Shown here: positions 1 through 10,785 of the stretch, piece after piece
Layout of the letters: each line of letters starts with the position of its first letter
Position numbering within the stretch: position 1 is the first letter of the stretch
Assembly: GCA_024704765.1 (NCBI GenBank)
Contig: JAKMXF010000018.1
Coordinates: 1 to 64,000 of the forward strand
Length of the DNA: 64,000 bases
Source: Oopsacas minuta
Lineage: Eukaryota > Animalia > Porifera
Reading direction: 5' to 3'
The notes under the pieces: generated by a model
Seen by the model: the letters and a program-made list of their open reading frames with translations, nothing else
Told to the model about the DNA's origin: nothing
Database searches by the model: none
Made by a program: the position numbers and the translations under genes

Positions 1-2
1 AG

Positions 3-923
3 ACACAATTAAAGTGGAAGTGTGACACACGTGACCTAGAAACGAGCATTTCCCATCTAGGAGAGATCGTACAGGTACCAGTAGGAGTACCAGATTATGC
101 TAAATTCCAAACTTCCACTGTTGCTACTGGGATGAGAGGTACAGATCCTGGCGAGTTGAATGTTCCATTAGGTGTAGCTATACATGAAGATACACACCAA
201 ATATTCGTAGCTAATTATGGCAATGACAGAGTAGAGATATTCTCTGATACAGGAGAGTACCTCAATCAGCTGGGTGTAGGACAGCTGTCTAAGCCATGGG
301 GTATAGCTATACACAGAGAGAATGTGTATGTCAGCTGCTTGGGAGATCACACTATTAACCAATTGACACTAACTGACATGAGTATTGTTAGGAAGATAGG
401 AGGTGTGGGATCAAACAACGGACAATTCAAATATCCTAGACAACTAACAACAGATCCCATCGGTCACGTGTTTATAGCAGATAGGGGTAACAACAGAATC
501 AGTATACACGACACAGACCTGAACCATCTCCGTAACATTACTCATCAGTCAATGTCAGGACTAGTTGATGTTAAAGTGTCACGTGACCGCGTGTACGTAC
601 TGTGTTCAGATAACACCCCGTGTATGCACGTGCTAACCCTAGAGGGAGACAAGCTACACTCCCTCATTACCTGTGGACAAGGAATGGATGTGTTATGCCC
701 TCTCTTCTTTTGCCTCGATCCCTTTAACAACTTTGTTATTAGCGATCAATACTCTCACTCAATTCGGGTATTCTCTCCAGAAGGCAATCTCCTACACACG
801 ATAGGAACAGAGGGACACCAACAAGGAATGTTATATAACCCCCAAGGAATAGCTATAACTCCAAACGGGAGATTAGTTAGTGTGTCAGAGAATAAGAACT
901 ATCGTCTACAAATATATTACTAA
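3..923 (+). CDS. Coiled-coil/NHL-repeat beta-propeller protein (TRIM-NHL-like, no RING/B-box seen), 5'-truncated by the window edge, intronless
   Basis: The frame is open from base 3 (TQLKWKCDTRDLETSISHLGEIVQVPVGVPDY) into ORF 132..923. Six NHL repeats (P.G.A/I; F..P..L...P.GHVFIAD..NNRI). Close paralog at 33266..34495. Confidence 0.92.
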   Translation, partial: TQLKWKCDTRDLETSISHLGEIVQVPVGVPDYAKFQTSTVATGMRGTDPGELNVPLGVAIHEDTHQIFVANYGNDRVEIFSDTGEYLNQLGVGQLSKPWGIAIHRENVYVSCLGDHTINQLTLTDMSIVRKIGGVGSNNGQFKYPRQLTTDPIGHVFIADRGNNRISIHDTDLNHLRNITHQSMSGLVDVKVSRDRVYVLCSDNTPCMHVLTLEGDKLHSLITCGQGMDVLCPLFFCLDPFNNFVISDQYSHSIRVFSPEGNLLHTIGTEGHQQGMLYNPQGIAITPNGRLVSVSENKNYRLQIYY

Positions 924-1480
924 TTTGTTTGTTTGTTTGTTTATTGTTAATGAATTTATAGCTCAAATTTACTCAATAAATACTTTTATGATTAATTTCT
1001 ATTGTTTGGTAATATATACAACCAAAAGGTGTGAAAATATGAACTTTATTATATTTGCCCCGTTTGGAATATTTCTGGATCACCGAAGCTTGTAAGTTAG
1101 CTGGACATTTGCCCGAAATGATGGATATAGCAACATATCAGGACAATTGGTATGTTGTATCATTCTTATACTTTATTTTAGATCAGCAGAGAATCTATTG
1201 ACACAATGAAGAAATATTTCAAAGAGGAACTTGTAAGAGAGGATTGGGAGTTAATAATTCAGCTAAAGAAGACGTTTGGAATATTCTAGAACAAATACTA
1301 TATGAGTTAAACTTGAATTATCCCAAAATTAGTGATTATTATCTTATATTGCATTATTGATAGTATTAATCACAAAATGTTAAATCAAGGTGTGATCCAA
1401 AAGGAAGTGAAACTTCCTGTTTATTATGTATAAATATTTATACAGACATTTCCCCTTAATATAAGTGCTCCATTTATGGT

Positions 1481-1635
1481 GTTATTCAAACTTGTAAATT
1501 ATACAAAATAAGTTTACTGGGAAAGAACTTTCAACCACATTCCTTACAGTATCCTAGCAACGAGACACAATAACATACACCTGCATAACCGCGTATTTAT
1601 TCTGTAAATAATATACTAACATCATCTTATTATTG
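1481..1635 (+). promoter_or_regulatory. ~155-bp non-coding module duplicated upstream of the second NHL gene; contains the RFX X-box-like GTATCCTAGCAAC (1549-1561)
   Basis: Near-identical to the reverse complement of 34606-34764, with few substitutions. Regulatory role is inferred from its position upstream of ORFs in both copies. Confidence 0.6.
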
Positions 1636-2134
1636 TTGTTTGTTCCAGATATATTGTCATACGATCAACACGGTTAATATGAATATAGCGGCAGTTTATA
1701 CGTAAGTAATACAAATTTCGCGAAAATTCACACCCCCTGAACTTCCTCCATAGTGCTGTAAGGTTTATAGTTATTCTGTATATTAAACTCAATTATTGTT
1801 ATTATTTGTTTGAACGAATTGATAAGAGGAACTGGTAAGTGATACAGATTTGAAATTTCGTACGGGGGTGGGGAATGTAGGAACAAGTTTGAATATCTGA
1901 TGAAAATATTCACACCTTCTCACACAGTTCATATTTGGTGTTATTTATGCACATAAAGTAAACAAATCTCAATAAACTGTGTATACTTTTAACGGCTATA
2001 GAGGTAATCGAACTTCGAATATGATGTGAATAGTTTATCGTGAATATTCTGGCTACACTACTGAGAATATGTAATTATATATATTTACACATTTTTTGCA
2101 TGAAACTTAATCACAGTAATGTTTGTGTAATTAG

Positions 2135-3394
2135 TTGTTTCTGTTTACGCTGGCTGAGAACGTAACAGATAGTACAGAACAACAAGTTCTTCATCAAATT
2201 ATCAAATATTTGAGTAGGAGTGATAATGTATTAGATGAAGATGTGATAAATGCCCTTCAAAAGCAAAGAGATGATCTAATGGAGATGGATGTACGCAAGG
2301 AATTGAATAAGATCTTACTAGACATTACCCAAAATTTGAGCAGGATTGGTGAGGTTAAGGAACAGCTAGCTTGCTGGAAAATGTCTACATCGTATGCAGG
2401 AGATTTGATGGTTATGGGTACTAAAATGGCTAAAGGAATAGGAGGTAGTTATTTCTACAGCGAGGAGGACAAAGAATGTAGCAATGATCAGGTCGTGAGT
2501 AGATATGATTTAGATCAACAATACTTGACGAATGAACCAACTCTTTGCTACGATAAATTATCTAACATTAAGAATCTCATCGTAGAGTGCTTAGAACTAC
2601 ATACGGAATTGTATTTGTATGCTGATGATGTTCGGGAGTTAATCGAAAATGTGGAACTCCTGGCATGTGTTCCTATTTTTAAAGATTCTAATTTTAGCAG
2701 CGAACAGCTGAGTATTTCTAATATAATTTTCAAACAGAAAGCTCTCAGTCCGGTAGTTGGAGGTATTATTGGTGGAATATCGGGCCTAATTGCTAGTGGT
2801 ATTTTAACCACTTTCCTCGTTCGGTATTTGGAATGCTCTTCCTGTGGTTGTCTGCTGACTAAAGATAATTTATTTAAGAATTGCGGTTTTTTTGCTCACC
2901 AGATATTGTGTGCAAAAATATCTGCTTTACCAGGTACGTTATTCGGTGTAATATTTGGCGTAGGAATACTTGGAGGTTATGCATGGCAAGCTGGGAAGAT
3001 CCGACGTGAGGTATTGGAGGATATTTCTACCTTTCGAATAAAGCTAAAGAATAGTCAGATTGAAGATAAGTTAACAGCCTTGTTAACAGATTATAGAAGT
3101 GTTAGAAATGGTCTGATGAAGAAATTTCAAGGCTCTGATGTTGACCTACTAACGATTAACATTATCATGAAAGCGTATAAAGAATACCGTAGAGTATTCG
3201 AAGAGGAAAGGAAAGATCCCTCAACTAAGGAAGAGACAGATGAAGCTCTTCATGCTAGTTTGAGAAGAGGAGCATTTGGGTGCGTTGAACCGTTAATGAA
3301 GAGATTCAAGATGACTAAGAGAGAAGCGTGGGAATTGGTGGATGAAATACATCGAATTGTGGAAAGTATAAAAGAATCTAAAGTACCTACTTAA
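2135..3394 (+). CDS. Uncharacterised alpha-helical protein with a central Gly-rich hydrophobic hairpin; one long exon, true start unresolved
   Basis: 419-codon open frame. The track start at 2135 is TTG directly after an AG acceptor; the first ATG is at 2279. Two hydrophobic segments (VVGGIIGGISGLIASGILTTFLV; LPGTLFGVIFGVGILGGYAW) are flanked by amphipathic helices. Confidence 0.75.
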   Translation: MFLFTLAENVTDSTEQQVLHQIIKYLSRSDNVLDEDVINALQKQRDDLMEMDVRKELNKILLDITQNLSRIGEVKEQLACWKMSTSYAGDLMVMGTKMAKGIGGSYFYSEEDKECSNDQVVSRYDLDQQYLTNEPTLCYDKLSNIKNLIVECLELHTELYLYADDVRELIENVELLACVPIFKDSNFSSEQLSISNIIFKQKALSPVVGGIIGGISGLIASGILTTFLVRYLECSSCGCLLTKDNLFKNCGFFAHQILCAKISALPGTLFGVIFGVGILGGYAWQAGKIRREVLEDISTFRIKLKNSQIEDKLTALLTDYRSVRNGLMKKFQGSDVDLLTINIIMKAYKEYRRVFEEERKDPSTKEETDEALHASLRRGAFGCVEPLMKRFKMTKREAWELVDEIHRIVESIKESKVPT

Positions 3395-3656
3395 GCTCCT
3401 ATAGGGACATCTTATTTAACCTTTTAGGCCAATAATTACTATTCGATAATACCTGATGGAGCGAGTTTTGCATAGAATTCTCCTAATGTGAATATTTTCA
3501 CACCTTTTGGTGGTTAGATTGAAGACTTGACATTCTATTGGTTGGTGAGGTGTGTGTATTCATATGACTAATCATATTTCACACCTTTGGCCCTAATACT
3601 AATTTAATTAATACAGTTAATCACATTGTTGTTGTTGTTGTTGTTTATGATTAGCA

Positions 3657-6530
3657 ATGTCTCACGCACCGCCTGGAGCTTCATGCAACAAGACCCTCCA
3701 GAAGAAATGGGAATCGATGCGTTTCACCGCTCACAGAGATAAAGTACGATCCATTCAACCTACCGTGGATACGAGACAGCCTCCAGCATTCCTGCACATC
3801 AGACAGAAAGCTAAGAAGTTACAGCTGGGTAGAGAGAGGGAAGATCAGATTACGAGACATAATAGAGAGCTAGCCAATAGGATGCATCATATTATGAAGT
3901 CGACAGGTGTTATAAGTTATTCATAGAGGGGAATCTGACTCTCAAGGGGGGTAGTAAACCAAATATGTGTTAGACAGGGGTGTATTTCTGGACCATGGGG
4001 GTACATGGAGAAGGTCCGTCCTGACCAAGAGTTGTAGTTATATAGGTGTTATTAATTCAGTGGTTAACTATTGCAGCAAATACCAGAATGCCATAATTGT
4101 TGCTATGCAGAATATGATTATTATTGTCTCAACGTATTATTATTATTATTTATACAAAAACCATATAAAAAATAACAACAAATAAACAACAATTCACACC
4201 TCAACATGTTTATTTTCTATTACTTCAATTTCCTTTTTGTTGTTTTGTCTTTTCTTCCGTTTAAAACATTTCAAATTCAAACACGAACAATTCAATACGG
4301 ACAAAACCAAAATGAATTCCAATCGAATCCCAATTCCATGTACATACACTGCGAACGGTTTGATCGCTGATTCAACGTAAGCCTGGTCTCTTAAAGGGAG
4401 CAGGGTTAGAGTCTGGTTCGTGGTTACGGAGTTGATGTATTGGAATGTGCTAGTTAGAGTGACGTAAGCGAGAAAATTATCTGTGTCTTGCTGTACTTTA
4501 TTTTCACGTAGAGCTTTCGTTGCGTATGAAACTATTATCACCAAGTTGAGGAGAAAGTAGAGAACTGAGAAGAACATCAATCTCTTCACCAGAGGTTGTA
4601 TTTTTAGAGGTTTGATTGTCTTGCCTGAGACCTGTTTCATTTGGATCCGTATCTTGTCAACAATAACAACAACAAGCGTTAGTGTTAAGGGAGACATAAT
4701 CATATGCGGCACAAACCAATCAAGCATATATAAGATGAGATTAGCTGGTATAGGAAGTAAGATCTCCTCTGATAATTCGTAGCCGGTAAATGTGATAAAA
4801 TTCGTGAATACTGACACCAACGGATACCCGATACACACGGTAACCTCGAGTATTATAATCAAAAGCTTGTTCCTTCTTGTGCCAAATATATCATGTAAAG
4901 GTAGAGCGATGGAAATGAAAATAAGAACTAATGCCATGAAGAACCAGAGCCTATTCGATAGCCCCAGGAATGTTATCAATGCTCCCTGTATCTGTAATTG
5001 TAGCGAGGGGTGATTATTGAAGGTATCGTAGTCGATGGCATGTCCGCTGCAGTAGAATATGTTCCCACCGAGCAGATCTGACATTCCAATTGTGATAGAT
5101 TCGATTAGATTAACAATAACACCAATAATAATAGGATGATGTTGGAACTTTGTTTGTTTGTGGATTATTAACCATCTGACTATTGCTAGGATAGAAATTC
5201 CCAGATTTATTATAGATAAAACAACGAGTAAAGAGTATCTGAATAATTGGAGGTGAGGATTAGATATGTCGTATTTGCCACATTTCAATTTACAATAGCC
5301 TGCTTCTGGAGTGTATACGTATGGATCGGGACAGTTTATTGTATAGTTTGAGAGGTTTATTTTGTCGAGGAGAATCGAATTGATTGATTTGTTGACTGTA
5401 TGGGGTATTAGCGTGAATAGAGGTGTTGGTAGGGCAATTATTGTCACTGTCCATGCAGTAAGGACGCAAACGATTGAGAGAATTCTCGAAAGGCCCAACT
5501 TGTTATTCTTCTTATTTTGTCGTAACATTTAAGATGGCCCCGTTTCTGATAAACTTATACTCTCCTGAAATCATCACCTATTTGTGAACAGCTGTTTTTA
5601 GTGCATATTTGTCTTATTGGGTATTTTGGTGGTCAATCACATTTTTTTGGCTACTAGGGTTATTCTATATTTGGTGCTTATTCGCATAATCATGTCTGAG
5701 TGGAATTACCTCCATGGGGAGAATTAGATAGCTATATGAATTGCAAGATCTACATCGGCTGTTCCCAAGATGGGACTCGTGTCCCCCAAAGTGATCCATG
5801 GAGGACAGCAAGGGTCCAGCGAATGTGTTAATTTGGTTCAGGGGGTCGACAGGTGAAAATGTTGGGAATTGCTGGTCTACAAACTTAATTTATTATTAAA
5901 ATAATTTTCAATATAAAGTATGGTGGGTGCGAGTAAGGTATCAATTGGATATGATTAATAGGTCCCATGTACCAATATGGAGTGTCCTGTTACCCTTGTC
6001 ACCCCCTATAGGGCGAACTGACCACTCAAATGACTACAAACCGAAGAGTCTAAATTTTGAAAAGAGAGTACAGGAATTCCAGAAGATTTCTGGAGAGAAT
6101 TTGAAAACTAAGAACAGACTTCTATCAGTTAAACCTCAGTATTCTACTTCTTTATGGGAGTCTGAGTTCAAAGAGCATCTCAGTATTAAGAAGAACTTAT
6201 CCATGTTCCCTAGTACGTGTGTGGGGGATCATATGGTGCTAATTTGACCTCTAGGGTGTTGTTTATGTAGCTTGAATGTTTACTCAGGGTTTCTCATTCT
6301 CGGACACACACAGTGATCACATATTGAGAAACCCTGAATATCAAATTATGGATATGATTAATCATATGAATAATCATATAGGTGTTTCAGAAGGTGCCAT
6401 CTCACCTCGCAAACTTAAGAAACTTCCCAAAGAGTGTCCAATCCCTCTGAGTATAGAAGGGCAACACTCTGACACCGGATCAGCTGTCCAGGTCGAAGAA
6501 GAGAAAATAACGGATCCATTATCACCTTAA
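3657..6530 (+). CDS. CFAP97D2: CFAP97D-like (KIAA1430-domain) cilia/flagella-associated protein; exons ~3657-3906, 6012-6212, 6382-6530
   Basis: NKTLQKKWE..HRDKV...PTVDTRQP..HIRQKAKKLQL..ER...I.RHN..L..RM.HIM spliced in phase to GRTDHSNDYKPKSLNFEKR..E..KI..EN. This matches the family pattern. GT/AG junctions are phase-compatible. Confidence 0.72.
4194..5528 (-). CDS. Intronless Frizzled/Smoothened-like (class F-like) 7TM receptor lacking the cysteine-rich domain, nested antisense in intron 1 of the CFAP97D-like gene
   Basis: N-terminal hydrophobic segment, then C-P...C..KC linker and 7 hydrophobic segments. KFQHHPII resembles Fz RFRYPERPII; LVKRLMFFSVLY resembles Fz TM6 FSVLY; TM3 has LGLSNRLWFF. 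Confidence 0.7.
   Translation of the reverse strand: MLRQNKKNNKLGLSRILSIVCVLTAWTVTIIALPTPLFTLIPHTVNKSINSILLDKINLSNYTINCPDPYVYTPEAGYCKLKCGKYDISNPHLQLFRYSLLVVLSIINLGISILAIVRWLIIHKQTKFQHHPIIIGVIVNLIESITIGMSDLLGGNIFYCSGHAIDYDTFNNHPSLQLQIQGALITFLGLSNRLWFFMALVLIFISIALPLHDIFGTRRNKLLIIILEVTVCIGYPLVSVFTNFITFTGYELSEEILLPIPANLILYMLDWFVPHMIMSPLTLTLVVVIVDKIRIQMKQVSGKTIKPLKIQPLVKRLMFFSVLYFLLNLVIIVSYATKALRENKVQQDTDNFLAYVTLTSTFQYINSVTTNQTLTLLPLRDQAYVESAIKPFAVYVHGIGIRLEFILVLSVLNCSCLNLKCFKRKKRQNNKKEIEVIENKHVEV
5756..5874. mobile_element. hAT(Charlie)-like MITE
   Basis: Imperfect TIRs (CGGCTGTTCCCAA / TTGGGAATTGCTG), internal GGGGTC, flanked by a near 8-bp TSD ATCTACAT / GTCTACAA. Confidence 0.6.
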
Positions 6531-6751
6531 GTAACACTTTAATAATTCTGTTATCAAATTTGTTTACTATTATATCACTGGTCAATAACAACATACTTTG
6601 GAGTGTGAATGGAGACACGGGGAGAATACACAGGGAAACACTTACAAGTAATGTGTACAATACATTTCTAAGATTTGTTATTTATACGAATTCTGCCATT
6701 AATAGATTCTTAGAGTTATGATAGGTAGAATTGAAGTATTCGAAATATATA

Positions 6752-6897
6752 CACAATACTCACCCGTCATATCTCTAAGCTTAAGGGACCCCGCGTTAAT
6801 ACCTATGATATGACTGATGGAATAATTGTTACTTTGACGGGTTAGGAGCATAAGCGGGTATTCTATCTATCCGTGTTAGATATAACGGGAGATGATG
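6752..6897 (-). mobile_element. Degenerate copy of MITE family A (CAGT termini, TA target)
   Basis: Contains CTAAGCTTAAGGGACC and AAGCGGGTATTCTATCTATCCGTGTTAGATATAACGGGAG, the reverse complements of segments of the 12423-12590 element. Confidence 0.6.
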
Positions 6898-7038
6898 TAT
6901 AAGACAATATAAATCATGTCTGATCTACCAAACAGCTGGAGAATTTCCCCGCGTTTTGCCGGGACATGAGTTCAACATTACCAGTCAAAATCGGGACGTA
7001 TGACACCTGTCATATCCGAATTGTGGTAGGATGTGTGG

Positions 7039-7326
7039 GTATATATTACCCCCGTAGATATTAACCCTGTATACATTACCCCCGTAGATATTAACCCTGT
7101 ATACATTACCCCCGTAGATATTAACCCTGTATACATTACCCCCGTAGATATTAACCCTGTATATATTACCCCCCCGTAGATATTACCCCCCGTAGATATT
7201 ACCCCCCGTAGATATTAACCCTGTATATATTAACCCCCGTAGATATTACCCCCCGTAGATATTAACCCCCAGTAGATATTACCCCCCGTAGATATTACCC
7301 CCCATAGATATTAACCCCCGTATATA
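7039..7326. repeat. Minisatellite of 14-16-bp subunits arranged as ~30-bp higher-order repeats (ATATTACCCCCGTAGATATTAACCCTGTAT), ending ~45 bp before the F-BAR ATG
   Basis: Directly visible tandem array with a variable C-run length. Confidence 0.9.
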
Positions 7327-7372
7327 TTATTATTTAATGTAGTGTACCAAATAATATAATTAAGTTAGTATA

Positions 7373-10300
7373 ATGACGTCAGAGGAACCAGTTAACAGTA
7401 CAGAGAATACACATACGGATCATAATGGGTCTGTAGCTCAGAACTTCGGTTTAGAACTATGGGATCAATATGAAGAATTGGTTAAGTATACAGATCAGGG
7501 GGTAGAGTATATTAAGAAATATGCACAGTTTGCTAAGGAAAGGATTGAGCTTGAGAATAGTATGTTTGTTTGTTTGTTTATTATCTTGTCTATTTGTGTG
7601 TTTGGTTGTTTACTTGTTTGTTTACATGCTTGTCTGATTGTTTACTTGTTTACATCTTACAGTGTTTGCTAAGAAGATGAAGGAAATGATGAAAAAGAAC
7701 ATGCCTAAATATACCAAACAAACAGGCAATGAATTATTCACATACCAGAAGGCATTCTCCGTTGCTGTGCATGAAGTAGGAGATGAAGCTAATCAACATG
7801 AGAGGATAGCTGAGTCTCTAACAGCTAATGTGTATAAACCTCTGTTACAATTACAGCATGATAAAGAGGCAGAGAAGAGGAACATACAGGTAGACACCTG
7901 GTTAATTAGGTCAGGGGTGTCTGAGAAATTGTCCAATTGTCCCTTGCTTATTCGTGTCCTCTGTGTGACCAATTACAATATTACCCATCTAATAATTATA
8001 TTAAGAGTATCATTTATTAATCGTGTTTAGAATGAGGGTAACACTATACGAGCTAAACATGACCAGAACATACAACAGCTGGATAGGATGAAGAGACGAT
8101 ATGAGGATAGTCATAGGGATGCTATACAGGCTAAACTTAATCTGGAAAAAATAGAGTATAATCCTAAGGTGTGAGTTTAATGTGTTTGTTTATTTGTTTA
8201 TTTGTTTGTCTGTTAGTTTGTCTGTTTATGTGTCTGTGTGTTGTGTTGTTTTGTTTGTTTGAACGTTTGTTTATCTGTGTGTTAGTTTGTCTGTTTATCT
8301 GCCTGTTTGTCTGTCTGTTTGAATATTTGTTTATCTGTTTGTTTGTTTGTTTGTTTATTAGTCTGTTTACTAGTCTGTCTGTTTACTTATTTGTTCCTTT
8401 GTTTATATCTTAACTTATTCGTTTATTCGTTTGTTTACGTATTTGTTTACTTCCAGGTGACAAAAGAGGCAGTAGAGAAGTCTAAACTAGCAGTAACAAC
8501 GAAAGACAGAACCCTGTCAGAGAACAAAGATCAATACCAATTGTTTATTGATAAATTCAATAAATCACAAAAGGTAAACATTTATTGTCCTCATCTCCCC
8601 TGTCCTCTTGAGGTTTGGTATTGACACCTTTCATAACCTCACCTCCTGGGGGTGTTTATCTAATACAACCTTATTCACCCGTGGACTCCAGATTGGGAAC
8701 CGGTGATCAGATATGCATATGCATGTTATATACACATTTTCACAGGATCATTACTACAAGGAAATGCCTTTAGTATTCGAAAAATTCTTTAAAATGGAAC
8801 AAAGCAGAGTTGCCCGCGTAAAATTCCTTCAGGAACAATTGGTAGAGGGTTTGAGACACGTGTTTCCTATCATCAACACCTGTTACGATAATATACTTGA
8901 CGCTGGGAAGCAGATTAGTTCTGATAAGGACCTTATTCAGTTCATGGAACAGAAGAAGTCAGGCTTCCCGATACCTGAGGACAGAGAATTCATGGAGTAT
9001 GGGACTACTGCTACCCCTAATCTACAGTTAGGGATTGTGAGTTATATATTATTAGCTAAATTACTCGGTGTGCCTCAAAGTTCATGCCAATTTTGTTATG
9101 CCTGTCAACACTACTATATAGTTTGTTGTTGTTATTGTTTATAGTCTAAGACAACAAAGAAGCGTAACCTATTTGGTAACGCCAAGAAGCCTGCAGCTCC
9201 GAAGCTGGATGACGCGGAGGATTTTAGTCATCTTCCCCCCAATCCTCAGAAGAAAATGATAAATGATAAGATAGAGGCTATTCAGAGGGAGGTAGGTCAG
9301 AATCAAGCATCTCTGAATGCTATCAAACACATGCTGGATATATACGAGAAGAATCCTGCCCTTGGCAACGTTAGACTGGTAAAGGAATTTTTATTTATGA
9401 GTCAAGTTTGTGTAGTGTTTAACCAGTTGTGAGGTCGACACATTTGTCACCTTTTCTAAGAGGTGTTTGTATAATTTGCTTTGATATTTGAGTATGTTAT
9501 GATATTAATCACATTCCATACGCACGCAAACTTCAAATTAGCTCTTACAAGTGCCTCAATAATTTTGATAAACACTAAATATCTCACACAAAAAATCACA
9601 TATTTTCCCAATATTCTGTATTTACAGACACAAGAACAGTATGCAGAGGAGAAAAAGAATGGAGACCATATGAAACTAGAACTATACAAGTATCAAGTCT
9701 GGCATAATCAGCTGGAGGGTACACCTGTACCTCAGAAACCAGAATTGTTGGATGCTAACTCTCGTATAGTAGAACCCCCGGCAGTAACAACATATGAGGA
9801 TAGGTTATTTGTAATTCAGAGACATGAATTGCAGAAACAGGTATGGGCCATGGATGGCAAACATACACTCAATTCTCGTTATAATTCAAAGCTTAAGGGA
9901 CCGTAATAATACTTCTATATAACCGATGGAGTACATGTTATCCATGGTTCACTAATACTCACTTGTTTGTATATCTTTTAACATTTATTGCTCTCTACTA
10001 TTTTAGACAACAAAGGCAAAGCCTCCACGGGCTGCTGTTCCTAGACCACACCCCAGGGGTGCAGGTAGTAGAAGATCAACAGCTGATACGGACAGTGACT
10101 TCTCAGATGACGATGATACTCCACAAGACTCTGCACACTATCATACACCAGCAGCCTCATCTACCGTCTCCCTACCTGCTTCCTTTCATCAAGGAACTTA
10201 CCAACAGCCTGAGCACTACGAGGCTTCTACTGAGTCAGGTAACTATTTTATTCTATTTATAGTTATACTGCTATATGAGAAAATGGACCATGGATATTTT

Positions 10301-10785
10301 AATTGAAGAGTTGTGTGTTGTTTCGTCAGAATTGCCCCCTATATGCATGCTTTTAACCATGGATGGGGTTTCGTTTAATATATAAACAAATTTCCCGGTC
10401 TAACCAAGCGAGGCCGCGAGGGATAAACAACATCCAAGCAGATAAACTAATCCCCATCCATGGTTAAATATCTAATAAGCATATAGAGGTAAGTCAATTT
10501 CTCATAAATACTCTCTATTTGACTTGTTGTATTATCCATAGTCCGCTAAGCAATCAGCTATATAATCCCTCCCCGTATATAGATAAAACAGCATCCATAG
10601 AGGCTACACACCCCATAGGACGGGTCCGAGCCCTCTACGAATTCACGTCTAGCTCTGATGGAGAACTGTCAATAATAGCAGGCAAGGAAATGCTACTTCT
10701 TGAGAACGATGGGTCCGGATGGATTTATGTGGACTTCAACGGGAAGAAAGGGTTTGTACCTCTGAGCTATGTGGAGACTATATGA
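7373..10785 (+). CDS. FNBP1: F-BAR-HR1-SH3 protein, CIP4/FNBP1/TOCA-1 family; multi-exon
   Basis: FGLELWDQYEELVKYTDQGVEYIKKYAQFAKERIELE (FCH), DFSHLPPNPQKKMINDKI...IYEKNPALG (HR1, ~9220-9370), and a C-terminal SH3 (ALYEF....DGELSI..G......ENDGSGW....G.KGFVP.SYVE). Confidence 0.88.
8171..8455. repeat. Degenerate (TGTT/TCTG/TATT)n microsatellite filling an intron
   Basis: Visible low-complexity array. Similar shorter tracts occur in many introns (7561-7640, 10830-10860, 29775-29825, 37490-37550, 38275-38310, 50050-50120). Confidence 0.9.
10336..10489. mobile_element. MITE family B with CCATGG-containing TIRs
   Basis: Left end CCCCTATATGC..TTTAACCATGGATGGGG; right end CCCCATCCATGGTTAAATATCTAATAAGCATATAGAGG. 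The internal AACCAAGCGAGG recurs inverted in the 30656-30760 copy. Confidence 0.7.

Noticed and set aside
168-730. Short antisense ORFs over both NHL genes (168-362, 545-730, 33459-33644, 33827-34048)
   Set aside because: They are conserved only because the sense genes are paralogous.
1090-1290. Possible small spliced ORF ending ISRESIDTMKKYFKEELVREDWELIIQLKKTFGIF*
   Set aside because: It looks coding-like, but no credible start or homology was recognised, so it is too weak to call.
7039-7326. Tandem arrays as possible CRISPR loci
   Set aside because: The repeats are contiguous with no unique spacers, there are no cas genes, and the context is eukaryotic.
8171-8624. Hydrophobic FVCLFVCL ORFs (also 10719, 29804 N-terminus, 38277)
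   Set aside because: These are translations of intronic (TGTT)n microsatellites.
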